Positions 1 through 12,700 of a stretch of 64,000 nt of DNA are shown here, in pieces. The notes beneath the pieces were generated by a model. The model ran no database searches. It worked only from the letters and a program-made list of their open reading frames with translations, and was not told where the DNA came from. Every line of letters starts with the position of its first letter. Position 1 is the stretch's first letter. Made by a program: the position numbers and the translations under genes. Location of the stretch: assembly GCA_965644295.1 (NCBI GenBank), contig CBFFRP010000255.1, forward strand, positions 62,001-126,000, read 5' to 3'. This DNA comes from Paraphysomonas bandaiensis (taxonomy: Eukaryota > Protista > Chrysophyceae).

Positions 1-2192
1 CATGTATTGGATGAGTATTGTATACCACCAGTTGAATCCGAGCAATACGCCTCAAGAGTCGTAGATGTGACCGTGGCACCGCCATCTCGCAGTGACTGCA
101 AAACGGGGCCAGAAGAGTCACAGTCATCGCAGTATTTTTCTGGTTTCGACTTCTTTCGGCGCCTTTTCTTTTTAGGCTCCTCACATACTTCTTCTTTATC
201 ACGCAGAGCAATGTTTTCTTTAATACAAAGATTTTCGTTAGCATGATCAATCAATCGACATGAGACAAATGTTCTAATTATATTAATGGCGACCTCCTCC
301 TCGACGGAATGGTTGAGTTGAACGACCCCGACACAGCGAGAATGAAGTTCTCGCATTAGGGCCACAGCATCCATTATTAGATTTGTATTGTCTGGAAGCC
401 TTTTCAGCTCTGCGCCATCCATAAAATCATCTCTGATTCCGTCGTCCTTCAATTCTATCGAGACATCAACTGTGCTGTCTGTGGGCATAGCCACCAAGCC
501 ACAGTCCCCAACAACAACAGCCAAGCTGATAATTTTACAGAGTATTCTAGCTGTAGCGAGGAAAAATCGTCTACTTGCATTCTCGGAACTCTGTGCCGAT
601 AGAAGTTGAATGCCATTAATCCGAATATTGTTCATCACTTGGAGAATGGAATGAAAAGTGCCGTTTACCCAGGTTATTGAAGACGGTAACCCATGACAGT
701 CGCAGTGTAATGCTTGTATTCGCGAGAGCAGATCACCGGATGAAAGTAGTGCTCCGTGTAACACAGAATCGATGTCTCCTGCTGAAAATCCACCAATATA
801 CACCCTGACACACACACGAATCGCTTCTGCTGTCAACGGAATCACTGTGTTGGCACTCAGTGACGTGATGTTGGGGACAGATGTGTTCAAGGCAGACAAC
901 AATAATGGGATACGGGAATGAATTACTCTATCTGCATCAGACCACGATGCACAGCTAGCGATATACTCCTCTCTTCGATTAAGGGAGCATACAGCATCAA
1001 GAGCAGCTCCTCGAATATCGTCATTAGTTTCCTGCGCTATAGCCTTACTTAGTGCCCCAAATACATCGTCCACCAAGGCAGCTGTGCGCAGACTCTCCAC
1101 ACCTCGTCCAAGTAAATGTTTCAAAAGCAGCAGTCCTGAGTGACGCACCGTCCATATGCTCTCATAGGAACACATTTCCAGTGCACTGCGGAGAGCAATC
1201 TCTGTTGCCTCGATATCACCTGTCTCATGGTGGGCGAACGTTGCACACACAACAGCTACAAGCTCTGCAGCAGCCTCTTTCACTGGTGAGTATAACGGGG
1301 TATTCGTAGTGTGTCCAGCATCATCGCTCTCACCTGCTACGTCCATAAAACGGTCCAGCAAAAGGACTGACAGTCCGGTCGCCAGAATATCTTCTGCAAG
1401 AAACGGTGGTATACGAGGGCTATCTTCGGGATTCGGGTTCATCAGCGACAATCCTTCCAGCACACCGACAAGACTATGACAGCGCCCATGACGTGATACC
1501 CAACTGTCAGCCAAAAGACCCGATACCATGAACCGCAGCAAACGCACAAACCAACTCTCGTTTGATTCATTATCCCGCAATTCCAAGTTTCCGCTTCCAT
1601 TATTCTCCGAACTGTACGCAGAGTTCTCTGAATCTTGTGGTGTAATGGTGACATCCTTGCTTCCTAGCAAATCCTTCACGCGCATGTACCGCACAGACAC
1701 CGCTGCATCTCGACTGGCTGTTTCCTTGCCCAACCGTCTCCGTAAGGCCGACCTCTGCTGTTTTACCCATTGGGAACCGTATATAAGGTCCCCATCTGTT
1801 TCACTTTTACCGCTATCGCCATAGAGCTCCACCCCATTAGACACTATATGGCTGATATCGATATCATGTCTAGATAATATGACCCCATCCGACTCACCTA
1901 TGAGAAAACAACAATCAAATCATTACACTGGTACACTCAACACCCTCCCCTTACCAGACTCCAGGAGCGGTATTAAGGTCGACTGATACTTCACACATAA
2001 TTCCCTTAATACCTTGGCCACGCTGAGTCTTGCGTTGACATTATTGTGTGTGGCGTAACTTGTGCAGAGTACATGCACCACTTCTGATATATCTGATTCA
2101 GTAACTATGTCTAATAGAGCATCACACGCTATGCTGCCAGAGAGGGTGCTGCCATCCAAGAGGCGACACACATCTTTCCAAGAATACTTCAT
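1..2192 (-). CDS. BTAF1: TATA-binding protein-associated factor Mot1/BTAF1 (N-terminal HEAT region; gene runs off the left edge)
   Basis: Start MKYSWKDVCRLLDG at 2192; GT-AG intron 1898-1954; then an open minus frame to position 1 (absent from the ORF track, apparently because no stop is reached). Motifs LLLDRFMDV...SPVKEAAAELV and WTVRHSGLLLLKHLL match Mot1/BTAF1 LDRFGD...APVRETCAQ and WEVRHGGLLGLKY. Confidence 0.75.
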
Positions 2193-2588
2193 CAGAGAAA
2201 GAGTGGTATGCTTCCTATATGAAATCCCCAATATAAGTGTCTCTTCAAGGTGATACTTTCACTTCGACTTCATTACTCGATCTTTGAGGACTGTATGTGT
2301 GTACCATTTTGTTTTTCACGTCGTGGGAATGGTATGGAGGCAAGAGCAATGAAATACACTGTGTAGAAATCAAAAAGAGGTATTTTATGCAAAACAATGT
2401 GGTATTTCGAGATATATTTCGAGATTTTCGAGATGAATAGCTGAAAAGTGGCTACTAACTTGCATATATTTATACAGCATACAGACAGACAGCGCATGAT
2501 GCCTTTCAACATAGCATACATATATAGTCGATGAGGGCTTCAGAGTAACATAGTTCGCATCTTCTGATTGTACGGGAGTGTGTTGAGC

Positions 2589-5500
2589 ATGGAGGATAGA
2601 GTAGATATAGAGCAGGTCGTGTGTGAGGGCGGGTCGGATCTGGTTAAGGATATTATTCCAGCTATTCATTTTCTCCGCACCCTTTGCGAGCCAGGAATGA
2701 CTGAAGAGGAAGAAGTGAAGGCAATTATGAGTAATCTTCCTCATATCGAGAGCCTCTATGAGGGATTCGATGATATGAAAGTTGTCAAGGTCATCCGACA
2801 GACACTTGAAGACTATGTATCTGCAGGCGCATCACAGCCGCCTGCACTGAATGTGAGACCGGATGAAGGAATTGCAGTCAGCAGGTAACATATATATGTA
2901 GAAACTCTATCATTTAAAGTATACCAGCGAGGTATATAGAAAAGGAATGGAGCCTATTCGACGAAAGGTAATGAATATTTCGAATCATTAGATTGCGTTC
3001 ACTTTTTTCAGCTTCAAGAGGACGTAGGCACCAACGTGCAGGCCGTTACAGAAGATGACTTGCTTCGAAATCGCCTCGAGGTCTCAAGGAAGAAAAGTAA
3101 ATATATGTTTTCAGTACATATGCCTGTTGATATAACTTTAGGTCGAGGAGGAGGCTTTTCTATTTTCAACTTTGACGACCTTCCTGACTTTGAGCCTTTG
3201 GAAGTAGTACTTCAGTTGTTGCGTGACAAGGACACGGTAGTGCATGGGCTTAACAAACTCTTGGTAGTGGGGATGGATGAGCTCTTCGAACATCCACAGT
3301 GGCCAGACCTCCTTTCCTTGTTGACTGGTCTGCTCACGGAATCCCTATCCGAAGAGTGCACGATTAAGACACTGCAGATCATGTGTAGATTATTTATTTT
3401 ACTCCCGCCAGGAAGTGCGCAATGTTTGGATGCTCTTTTGACCACTCTTCAGCACTTATGGAGCTCTATGAGTGGCGCGCTCGGTGTTGCTCGAGGGTAC
3501 AGCTATCCCGATCGTGCAGCAATGGCAAGAATCCTCTCCCATCGACTACATCGTACTCAGCTAGCAGTTTTTGTACGAGCGATGAGGCGCATCGCCCAGG
3601 TGTCCCTGGAACTCGGTACTGACCGCTGTGCAGGAAAAATGATTGCCTTGTCGTTTCTCATAATAGCACATGGATGCTTTCCAGATGAAGGTAACCAAAA
3701 CGTTCCAGTGTCAGTGCTTTCACTGCTACCGTGCACGGACATCCTTCCCCTGTATGATGACACCAACGAACTTTTTGTGGTCGACGCGTTAATGCTACAC
3801 TGTGCCCCAGTGAGTGTACTCTGCTATGCAATTCATACTGGCTTGGTGGGAGTCCTCACCCAGCAACTGAAAAGCTTAGTAATGCTGCTGTCGAGCCCAG
3901 AAAATGAGAATCTGGATCTCTGTCGTCGAGATTTCGTTTTTATTGCTACATTATGGCTCTCAGTTTTAAGACCTTTTCCCATGCACGCGTGGGTGAAGCA
4001 TATTTGTACCAGCGACGGAAGTGAGGCAGGTTTGAGTGTTGCGAAATGGAAAGCATTCAATGAGGAAATTGGCCAATGCTTTCACGCCCCATGTGTTGTG
4101 GATATGGAGGGGACAAACAAGAAGCTGACCCATTTGGATTGCGGCTATGACCTTGATACTGGTGTGTGGTGCCTTTTGACAAAGAAAGTAAGTGAAGACA
4201 TTACGTTCACAGTGGAAGAATTTGAATCGCTCTTAACTTTAATGGGAGGGGTGTTATGTTCATGTCTCTCCTTCAGCTCGGACTGTACTTTTGAATCTAA
4301 AGTACATCAAATTTCAAGCAGTGCACAACTTCGCGTCCTCAATGATATACTTACTCAAGCATGGCACTGTTCCGATTTAACTCTACAGAATGTTTTGTCT
4401 GTGTACAATCGTTGTGTGTGTAGTTCGAACTTGGATACCTGTCGAACTATCTGTGAAGTATTGACGGGTAGTATTTCTAAGGCCACCGTTGCGCTGAGAA
4501 TGCGATCCCGTGAAGTATATTTACTTCTAATTACTATAGTCCAATCGCTTTTCGTTGCTGTAGTTGGCCCAGTATGTTGTGAGAAAATTGTGCGTGCTGT
4601 TTCAACACTTGTTAAAGTTACTGGTGTACGTGAGGCTGCGGGTTTAAGGAAAGAGGTGTGTTCGATGTGTGGTGCAACGTTCCGATTACTTTTATCTTCG
4701 GACATAACTATTCGTGTTGCATACGTCGCAGCAGCTCTATTAAATGAGGTGTCCATGCCCCATATATTTCATGGTCTGGACGATGATGTACGTGGACTTT
4801 ATGATGAATTGCTTTGCTACATCCTACTCAATACTGAAGTTGTAAGAGAGGTTAAGTATGTGACTCCCATAATAGTTAAGAGATATATGAATGACACTCC
4901 CTGTTGTTTGCTAAAAAAAATATGTGATGCAGTTTCGAATGTACCAGAGTCTGGTTGCACTACCAATGCTCACCAATTACAGCCTGTGCTGATAGATATA
5001 ACTGAACAGTTAGGGGTTGCTGGATTGTTGACTGACACTGCTAGTTTGCTCTTTCAACTAAAAAAAGAAAAGGATTCTAATGTGGCTGATGAATCTTGCG
5101 TCGAAATGCCTCCAGAAGAATATAGTATTTCTAACTTAGCATTGTGTTTGCTGCGTAAATCTGCCAAGGCTGAGAGTCAGGGTACTCCATTCCTCGATTT
5201 GAAGGTAGTGTTACCTATAATGCTGGATCTAAACAGTTGTGTACACTTAAGATGTTTGTTGAAAAAGCACTTCGAAGAGAGGAATATATCCAGCTACAAA
5301 TTTGACCGACTGCTTGGAAAATCCCTCAGTATACGTGATGGTGTGGACGGTGATGTGTTGCTGGAGTTCATTATACGACGCAGGCTTCTTGATATGTTCA
5401 CGGATGGAAACCTTGCATTGCATCATGTATGGATCGCGTTTTATGGCGAGGGATCATATGATAGTGGAAAAGAAGATGCAATGATGACTGAGTTTTGCCG

Positions 5501-6323
5501 CTTGAGATCTATCGATGATTCAGCTGAATCATCAGAACTTCGTGTCGTACAAGACGAGACCTGTGGTACTCAACTATGTGCTATAGCTGAGAATTGTCTC
5601 GTAGACTTTTTTGCTGCCTTTTTTGTATTATATGATGATCTCTCGAGAAATGTAGGGGAAGTATATCGCTTAATCTGCGAGGAAAACCAACAGTCTTGTG
5701 TATCAACAAATATGGATGCCGATGTAGAAATATTTCCTGTGATCACTGAGGCAGCACAACTGTTGGCTGCTGCTGGAAGGAATCTTTCTTCTGTAGGTTT
5801 TGATTTGGTGGCTAAAGAGGTGGCGATTCTGATGTCTAGTTGTAGTAGCTCAAGTTTGGAGCGTATTGATTGGTATTTTGGATCAGTATCTCTTCTCATT
5901 GTGCACTCGAAATCGGGTCGACTCTTCCGGCGGCACAATGTCAATTCGGTACCTCTTGGATTGGAGGATGAAGCGAATACTCTACTACTTAGTTTTAGAA
6001 ATGGGGCAATGGTGAATATGCTAAGACAACATGGTGTATCTTTCTACATTATTGTTAGAAATGTGATAAACAACTGGTTTTTTGGATGGCTCTGTACTGA
6101 AGACGTGCTGCTGACAACATTAGTGTCATTGCTCCGTGGGTATGACTTCGCCGCCATCGTTGTGGCTGCAATAGTATGTGACTGTGTGGATAAATTGCTG
6201 TCGGTAGAATGTTCTTCGAAAGAGGATGCTCTTGAGGCACTTCTGCTTGGAATTAACAGGGCCCCGATGTCACTCCGCTCTCTGCGCGGATATATGATGG
6301 ATATCATGTCTGTGCAACAATAA
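2589..6323 (+). CDS. Broad-minded (BROMI/TBC1D32)-like protein
   Basis: Two short 5' exons spliced in frame into the 1095-aa ORF; a probable 45-nt in-frame intron near 3098-3142. N-terminal ...DELFEHPQWPDLLSLL... and C-terminal DWYFGSVSLLI...NWFFGWL...GYDF...YM resemble BROMI (DWFVSSLFMIM, QCFWNYL, GPDY), by recalled similarity. Confidence 0.55.
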
Positions 6324-6653
6324 TACTTCTGTCGTGCGTTGACTTCAATGACAGAATGTAATAATTATATCGACAATGATATAGCGCAGTCGGAATAGCT
6401 ACTAGCTACACATGTACCACAGCGGTGGATTAGTGGTGATATATGGTATATGTACCGTAATTATATATTGCTGATTTCCAGCGGGCCACACCATTGTAAG
6501 AACTTCTACTACTCGCCGTATACCATACTAGCTAGTTTTAGAAGCAAAATAATATAGTGAATCAGATGTCTTAAGAATTGTGAAATGCTGCGCACTGCGC
6601 AATACCTTCTCGTAGCTTTAAAGCTGTTTGAACTAGCCTAAACATTTCAGTTG

Positions 6654-7096
6654 TGAATGTCAGAACTAATGTAGCAAAACAATTTAACTAAGTGGTGCTT
6701 AACTCTGGTATCCTTCTATTTAACGCTACGGAGGCTGCGTGTGGGTGTGTGCGTCACTGCAAGCACCAAGGTGCAACCACTTTCGCTCTAACACTCAAAC
6801 TAAACGCAGTGAACAAGCGGAATGTTGATATACCTGATATCTATCTGCTGACTTTTCAGGATTTTTGAATCCTTAAGGTGAACAGCCCGGATGCTTGACT
6901 TCAGTAGGAATACCTGTTTACTTGTCAAGTCCCAAAGACGTCTACACAAGTGACACTTAATAATGTCCCTTGTACCACACCAGCATTTGGCTATGAGTGG
7001 ACACAAAATTATCTGCTGACTATATTTGCAGTTCCCGGAGAACTCTCTCTGGTACTTATCCCCAGAACACCACAAAAAGCGGCGAGCCCGACTTTG
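6654..7096 (-). mobile_element. Ribozyme-headed SINE-like element, copy A (long subfamily, degenerate head)
   Basis: Homologous to the other copies; 3' end GACATTCA at 6654; head lacks the first CCCTCAAC. Confidence 0.85.
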
Positions 7097-7190
7097 GCTA
7101 TTTTATTAGATTCTTTCCTGTTCAAGTTAGTTATAAACTGCAATATGCTAAAACTTAGCTCTGACTCTTAAAGGCCTATTGCTAATAATA

Positions 7191-7551
7191 CCCTCAACAA
7201 AGTCGAACTCGCTCCTTTTCGTGGTGTTCTGGGAATAAGTACCGGAGAGAGTTCTCCGGAAAAACTAACATGAGCCACATATATAGCCAGCAGCTGAGAT
7301 ATTGTTCTGCCCACTCATAGCCAAATAATGCTAGTGTGGTACAATTTGTCACTTTTGTAGACGTCTTTGGGCTTTGATGAATAAACAGGCATCCGGGAAT
7401 GGGCCCACCACCTCAAGGGTAACTCTGGGGTTTGGGCATCCTGCTGAAGTTAAGCATCCGGGATGTTCACCTTAAGGACTCAACAACCATGAAGTCAGCA
7501 CATGTCAGGTATATCAAATTTCTGCTTTCTCACTGCGTTTGCTTTGAGTGA
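7191..7551 (+). mobile_element. SINE-like element, copy B (complete-length head, 3'-truncated)
   Basis: Begins CCCTCAACAAAGTCG at 7191; directly preceded by a 3'-end fragment (…cctattgctaataata) of another copy. Confidence 0.85.
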
Positions 7552-7640
7552 TTCATGCCGAGTACGAGTTCACATTATTCGGTATCTGTGTGGCCAATGA
7601 CCGAGGAAATGCGTCAAACTTTCCTCATGAATTCATGGCA

Positions 7641-8132
7641 TATATATGGAAAGTCTTATTATTAGCAATAGGCGTTAAAAAGCTGCATCAACTTAGTAGC
7701 TAGATGAATGCTAGACAAACTAGTAAGACCTCTACCTGTAACTAATCAGTACACACTCTTTTATCCTACTATTTAACGCTACGGAAGCTGCTTGTGCGTC
7801 GCCGCAAGCACCAAGGTGCGACCACTTCCGCTCTGAGTTCTTAAGAGGTGAACATCCCGGATGCTTGACTTCAGCAGGCAGTCCAATACCCGGTTACCCT
7901 TCAGGTAGTAGGCTCATTCCCGGATGCCTGTTTATTCGTCAGGGCCCAAAGACGTCTACATAAGTGACACTTGTTGGTGTCCCTTGTACCACACAAGAGC
8001 ATTAGGCAATGAGTGGGCAGAAAAATATCTGCTGACTATGTTTGCGGCTTACGTTAGTTTCCCAGAGAGAGTCTCTCCGGTACTTATCCCCCAGAACACC
8101 ACGAAAAGGTGCGAGTCCGACTTGGTTGAGGG
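7641..8132 (-). mobile_element. SINE-like element, copy C (full length, 492 bp, 13-bp TSD)
   Basis: Flanked by TGAATTCATGGCA at 7628-7640 and 8133-8145; short (AT)n tail; head CCCTCAAC at 8132. Confidence 0.92.
8044..8132 (-). ncRNA. HDV-like ribozyme candidate at the SINE 5' end (copy C)
   Basis: Nested pseudoknot order P1-P2-P3(ACC/GGU)-L3(UUUUCGU)-P1'-P4 hairpin-J4/2(ACUAA)-P2'. Confidence 0.7.
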
Positions 8133-9019
8133 TGAATTCATGGCAATAATGACAATGTGATTTGACCTGTTGTTTCTTCTCACACGTCTACTGCCTAGTC
8201 TTGGCTTCTCCTGACCCAGCAGGTTATTGAGATTTTAAACAACGCTCTGTCACTGTTCATCAAGAAGTGTCAGGTACATTTGTGGTGCTATTATTTTATT
8301 CTTGCTTATTAGTAGGTTTTCATTCGAGCGGAGAAGGTGCACTGTTTTATACTAGCATATTTATAAGTTACTCTGGAGAAGAGTTCAAGAAAGTCTGGAG
8401 GGGAGAGTAGAGTAGCTCTAGCGCCGGTCACGAAGCGGTCTCACTGGTGCAATCTTGGATACTGACGCATGAAACAGACATCTACAAAAATCTGCTACAA
8501 ATTCAAGCTGACTCCAATGTCTTCCCTCATTGTACGCACTCGTCCAGCACATGCATCCACCTGCTGCTGTGAACATCACCTTGAAGTTGGTCATAAAGAT
8601 CTACCGCATATACAGGAGACATATACCGCAAGTTGTATGTGCTAGGACAAGTAGATTGGGCAGGAGCATATGATCCGGCTTAAACACGCAACTCGTTTTC
8701 GTCCTATATATAGCTAACTAAACTAAACCGTATTGTATAGTTGAGCACTTCTTGTCGATGCATGCAATAGTAACTAGATGAGAGTGTCGCGCGAGTTGTT
8801 AGGTTGGTCGCGGCAACGCACAAGCTTGCGCTTCTTTTAATAATATGATAATATTGCTAAGAATAAAACATTCACCACACAAAATCACACTCGAATATAT
8901 AGATGCATTACATTACATATTGTAGTGAAGCTAGTTAATGATACATGATACTTCTGAATTGTAATTTTGAATCGGTAAGAAAGTATATCAATGTTGTTGA
9001 TAGGACATTAACTTACAGC

Positions 9020-9278
9020 CACTGGTGAAATCAATGTAGTTTATTCGACAGTGAATTGTCAGTTAATCTGAAAAGTGTGGTTCATATGACCGTTCATCCG
9101 ACAGTGAATTCGAGAGCTATGAAAATATTCTTAAGGCGTCTGTTCATGTGGCAGTGCATATGGCAGTTCAGATATTTGCTCTGTGCATATGACGGTTCAC
9201 TGTCAGATGAACGAACAATTAACTGTCATATGAACTACCATATGGACTGTCATATGAACTACCTCCATTTCACTAGTG
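9020..9278. mobile_element. MITE-like element with CACT(G/A)GTGAAAT terminal inverted repeats (CACTA-like)
   Basis: Left end CACTGGTGAAATCAATGTAGTTTAT; reverse complement of right end CACTAGTGAAATGGAGGTAGTTCAT; many internal CATATG/GTTCA repeats; no clean TSD. Confidence 0.55.
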
Positions 9279-9786
9279 TAGCGGTGCAAAACAATTGATT
9301 TTCAATTGATTGTCACACATTGAAATTGCGATAATGAAATACATTGGGGCAGCTAACTATAACTGCATCTATAATTGATTACATGCCCTGCTGCCTTACA
9401 ATACTATTGCAATATATTCTTTGCCAGCTCTCCTCTACATCTCCCTATCATTTGCATATCTCAAAGATACTTTCTTACATGATACTTTCTTACATATAAC
9501 AGAACACATTGATTGCTGCGATGGTGCACTATCAACGCTTGAAACACGTGTTTTGCATACTACTAATGAGAAATATGATTGACAGTAAGTATCATCTCTT
9601 CATTTTGCCCTCAATCACGGATTACTTATACATAAACTAAACATCCACCAAGTAAAAATATCCCACAAAGGCAGCAAAATAGCTTTCCTATAAAACAACC
9701 GAAGAAAAAAATACAGACAACCGCATAGATCGTATCAGTACCGTAATATTTATTCATAATGCCATGCACTTTAGTTTTTAGCCATA

Positions 9787-12700
9787 TCAATTCCCCTGTT
9801 TACTTCTTCGGAATAACCATTTTGAAAGGTGAGCTGAAAATCGGTGTTTTTTCGCAGTGGTCTGAGGATCTTTATCTAGACTATCCTCAGCTGTGGTCAA
9901 CTCTAATTGGCGCACAGCCTCACTGGTATCACTTCTACCAACAAGATCTTGCTTCATTTCGTCAAGAGTAGCAGAAGTAAACCTTTGAAATTTTTTTGGG
10001 TTTTGTTTATCTGACCCAATATTTCGAGAAGACAATTGATGATATAGCATTCTCTTAGAGTGGGCGACGCCGAATATATTGTCAAGACTAGTTGTATCAG
10101 ATAGAGACTGCTGTATTTCAGTCAAACCCCCTACAGCTTCAGCTAGCTGGGCAACCAAATCGTGGCTCTCAACTTTTAACAACAACATGTTCTTGCGTGC
10201 TTTTAGTCTGACAAGTTTAGAATTATTTTCATCCAAGCTTCGTTTCAAGCTATCAACCAAACCAGTACATTCGTCAATAGTCATCTTTGATGAATCTGAG
10301 TCAGTAAATCTACTAACGTCATCCGTTTTGCTTTTCCGTTGCTTCCTATCATACAGGGCCAATGCTTTTACTAAACGAGTTTCCGCAGCTTGTATCTCTT
10401 TCATTTTTTGCTCTCGGGATACTTTAAGAAGTCTGATCTCTGCTTCAACGCGAGATAACTCCGTCAATGAAGATACACGACATCTCTCCATATTAGAGAG
10501 TGTTTCAATAAGCGCAGAAGCAGAAGCAGCGATTTCCGAAACGTACATACACACATCCAAATGGAGTGCACTACGATCTAAATCAGAACTTTGGTCGCTA
10601 CGCGACCGTTGGACTTCTGGATGAGCAAATGACTCCGTTTCCATAGCATCAATGTTCTGAACAAGCTTACTGTTTTCTGCATGGAGATCAGCATTCTGCT
10701 GCTTCAACTCGTGTATGCGACCTCGTAACTGCTTAATCTTGTCTTCAAAACTTTCGATTTCTTCGAACCAATGAGGGTTCTCGACTAATCTCGCCTCCAG
10801 AGTAAGCTATGCAACCGTACATTATAAATATCAAAAAGCTAAATCGTGAAATTACCATAAACAATTCTTTGGCCTTGGATATACGTTCATTTTGTTCCAT
10901 CTTAGCCTGAATCTAAAAAATCGTGAGAGCAACGAAAGAATACCATTCGCATATACCTTTGACTCCTTTAATGAAATAGCATGCACGTGAGCGCGCTTAC
11001 GTCTCCAGCATGATTGTATACGTATGACAGCCAAAATTTTTCGCCTCCGGCGGCGTACGGCATTCCACACGACTGAGTACCGTCGTATAGTTGCGGCGGA
11101 TTTAAAAAGGAGTAAATACATCCGCCGTGACACATGCCTTCTGTAACATGCTTGTATTGCCGTTGCAGCAAGGTTTCGGTATAAAGTAATCATGCGTCTA
11201 GCTCTATAACCTCTGAAAGCTGCCTTTACTTTAGAAATCCCTTGCTTTACTCGCCGTAGCCGCATCACAGCAATATATACACGAGCCTTTCGTTGCAAAA
11301 GCATTGCCGCTGCAATCCTTTCCACTACTCTACGCCTCTTGAAGTCAGAGAAATAGAGAAGTGCTTTGACGGCTGCGAATGGCGCCTTTGCCCTTGAATA
11401 ATCGTTTCTACTAAGCATGGCAGCTCTCCATCTTCGCTGTAATCGACGGGCCATTAAGACAACACTGCGCTCATAAAGGTGTTCCAAATGATTAAAAACT
11501 GATTCCTGCAAAAATATTTGTGAGCGGCCTAGCTGGAGACCAGTCATCAAGTTGACAGGGGTGTCTTCATTGCTAACATTTTCAATGGCATTTAAAATGT
11601 ACTCAGAGAGTCGGATCACACCAATAAGCTTCGAGGCTGCGAGTCTCCAGTACTTTTCTTGCTCAGTGCGTCTACCTTTCTCCAGTGATCGGTAAAACTC
11701 CCTCGTCCATACGTTAATCCCACATACTGTTACGAATGCGGAATAACGACTGACGAAGACAGGAAAGTAGATTCGATTCGAAAATCCTGACTTAAATACT
11801 GTCACAGCCTCCATCACGCCACTACACCTGAGTTGCGACACCACCATGCCGTTATCAAAAACATTAGGAACAAGTGCGTTGTTAGGTTTAATGCAGCGAA
11901 TAAAGTGAGACCTCGTCGTTCGAATTTTCGAAACCAATTGCTGTAGTTGCTTGCAAAAATCGGAAGATACTGTTGACATTTTTGGTCCAACACTCTTGAT
12001 GCTTCTACTAGCACCATGATGCCGCACCATGGGGGTGTGTATCCTCCCGATGGAATTAACGAAAACGCTTCGGGATTGCTGCAGCACATCGACTATTTCT
12101 GGTGCAACATCACTTCTATTTTTGTTCAAAACTCCACGTAAGCTGTACTGTACACTGTCAGCGTAGTGGTGCACTGTAAATTGAAGATTATTTTTATTGT
12201 GATGGGTCGCATGAAAATAACAGCTGGAGGAGCAACGACTGTACAATACATTTGCAACCTTGTCATCTGTTGGCTTTGGGAGCTTCAGCTGTTCATCGAA
12301 TATCGAAAACACTCCCATCACCTTATGCTCAAAGAGTTTCAATCTATCACTATTGCTGGGGTAGTCATGAAAATTCCAGATAAGACCTTCGTCTTCGTAA
12401 ATTTCCTGCTCGCTTTTAAACACTGAGTAGTTGAAATGGTCCTGAAGCTTCTCGTTGGCATAGTTGATACATAGCTGTTCGAACGAATTGGTTTCAAAAA
12501 ATTCAAATCCGAATATGTCTAGCACACCAATGAACGAAGCAACCTCACTCGCACAATCCGAGTACAAAGACTGATTTACAGCAAAAATAATCCATTTGAA
12601 TAATAGATCGTATAAGGTTTTGGCAAAAGAGTCCCTTGCAGCAACGGCTTTGTCAATATTCAAAACTTTCCGAATGGTAGTCCCAGCAACAAGCAAATTT

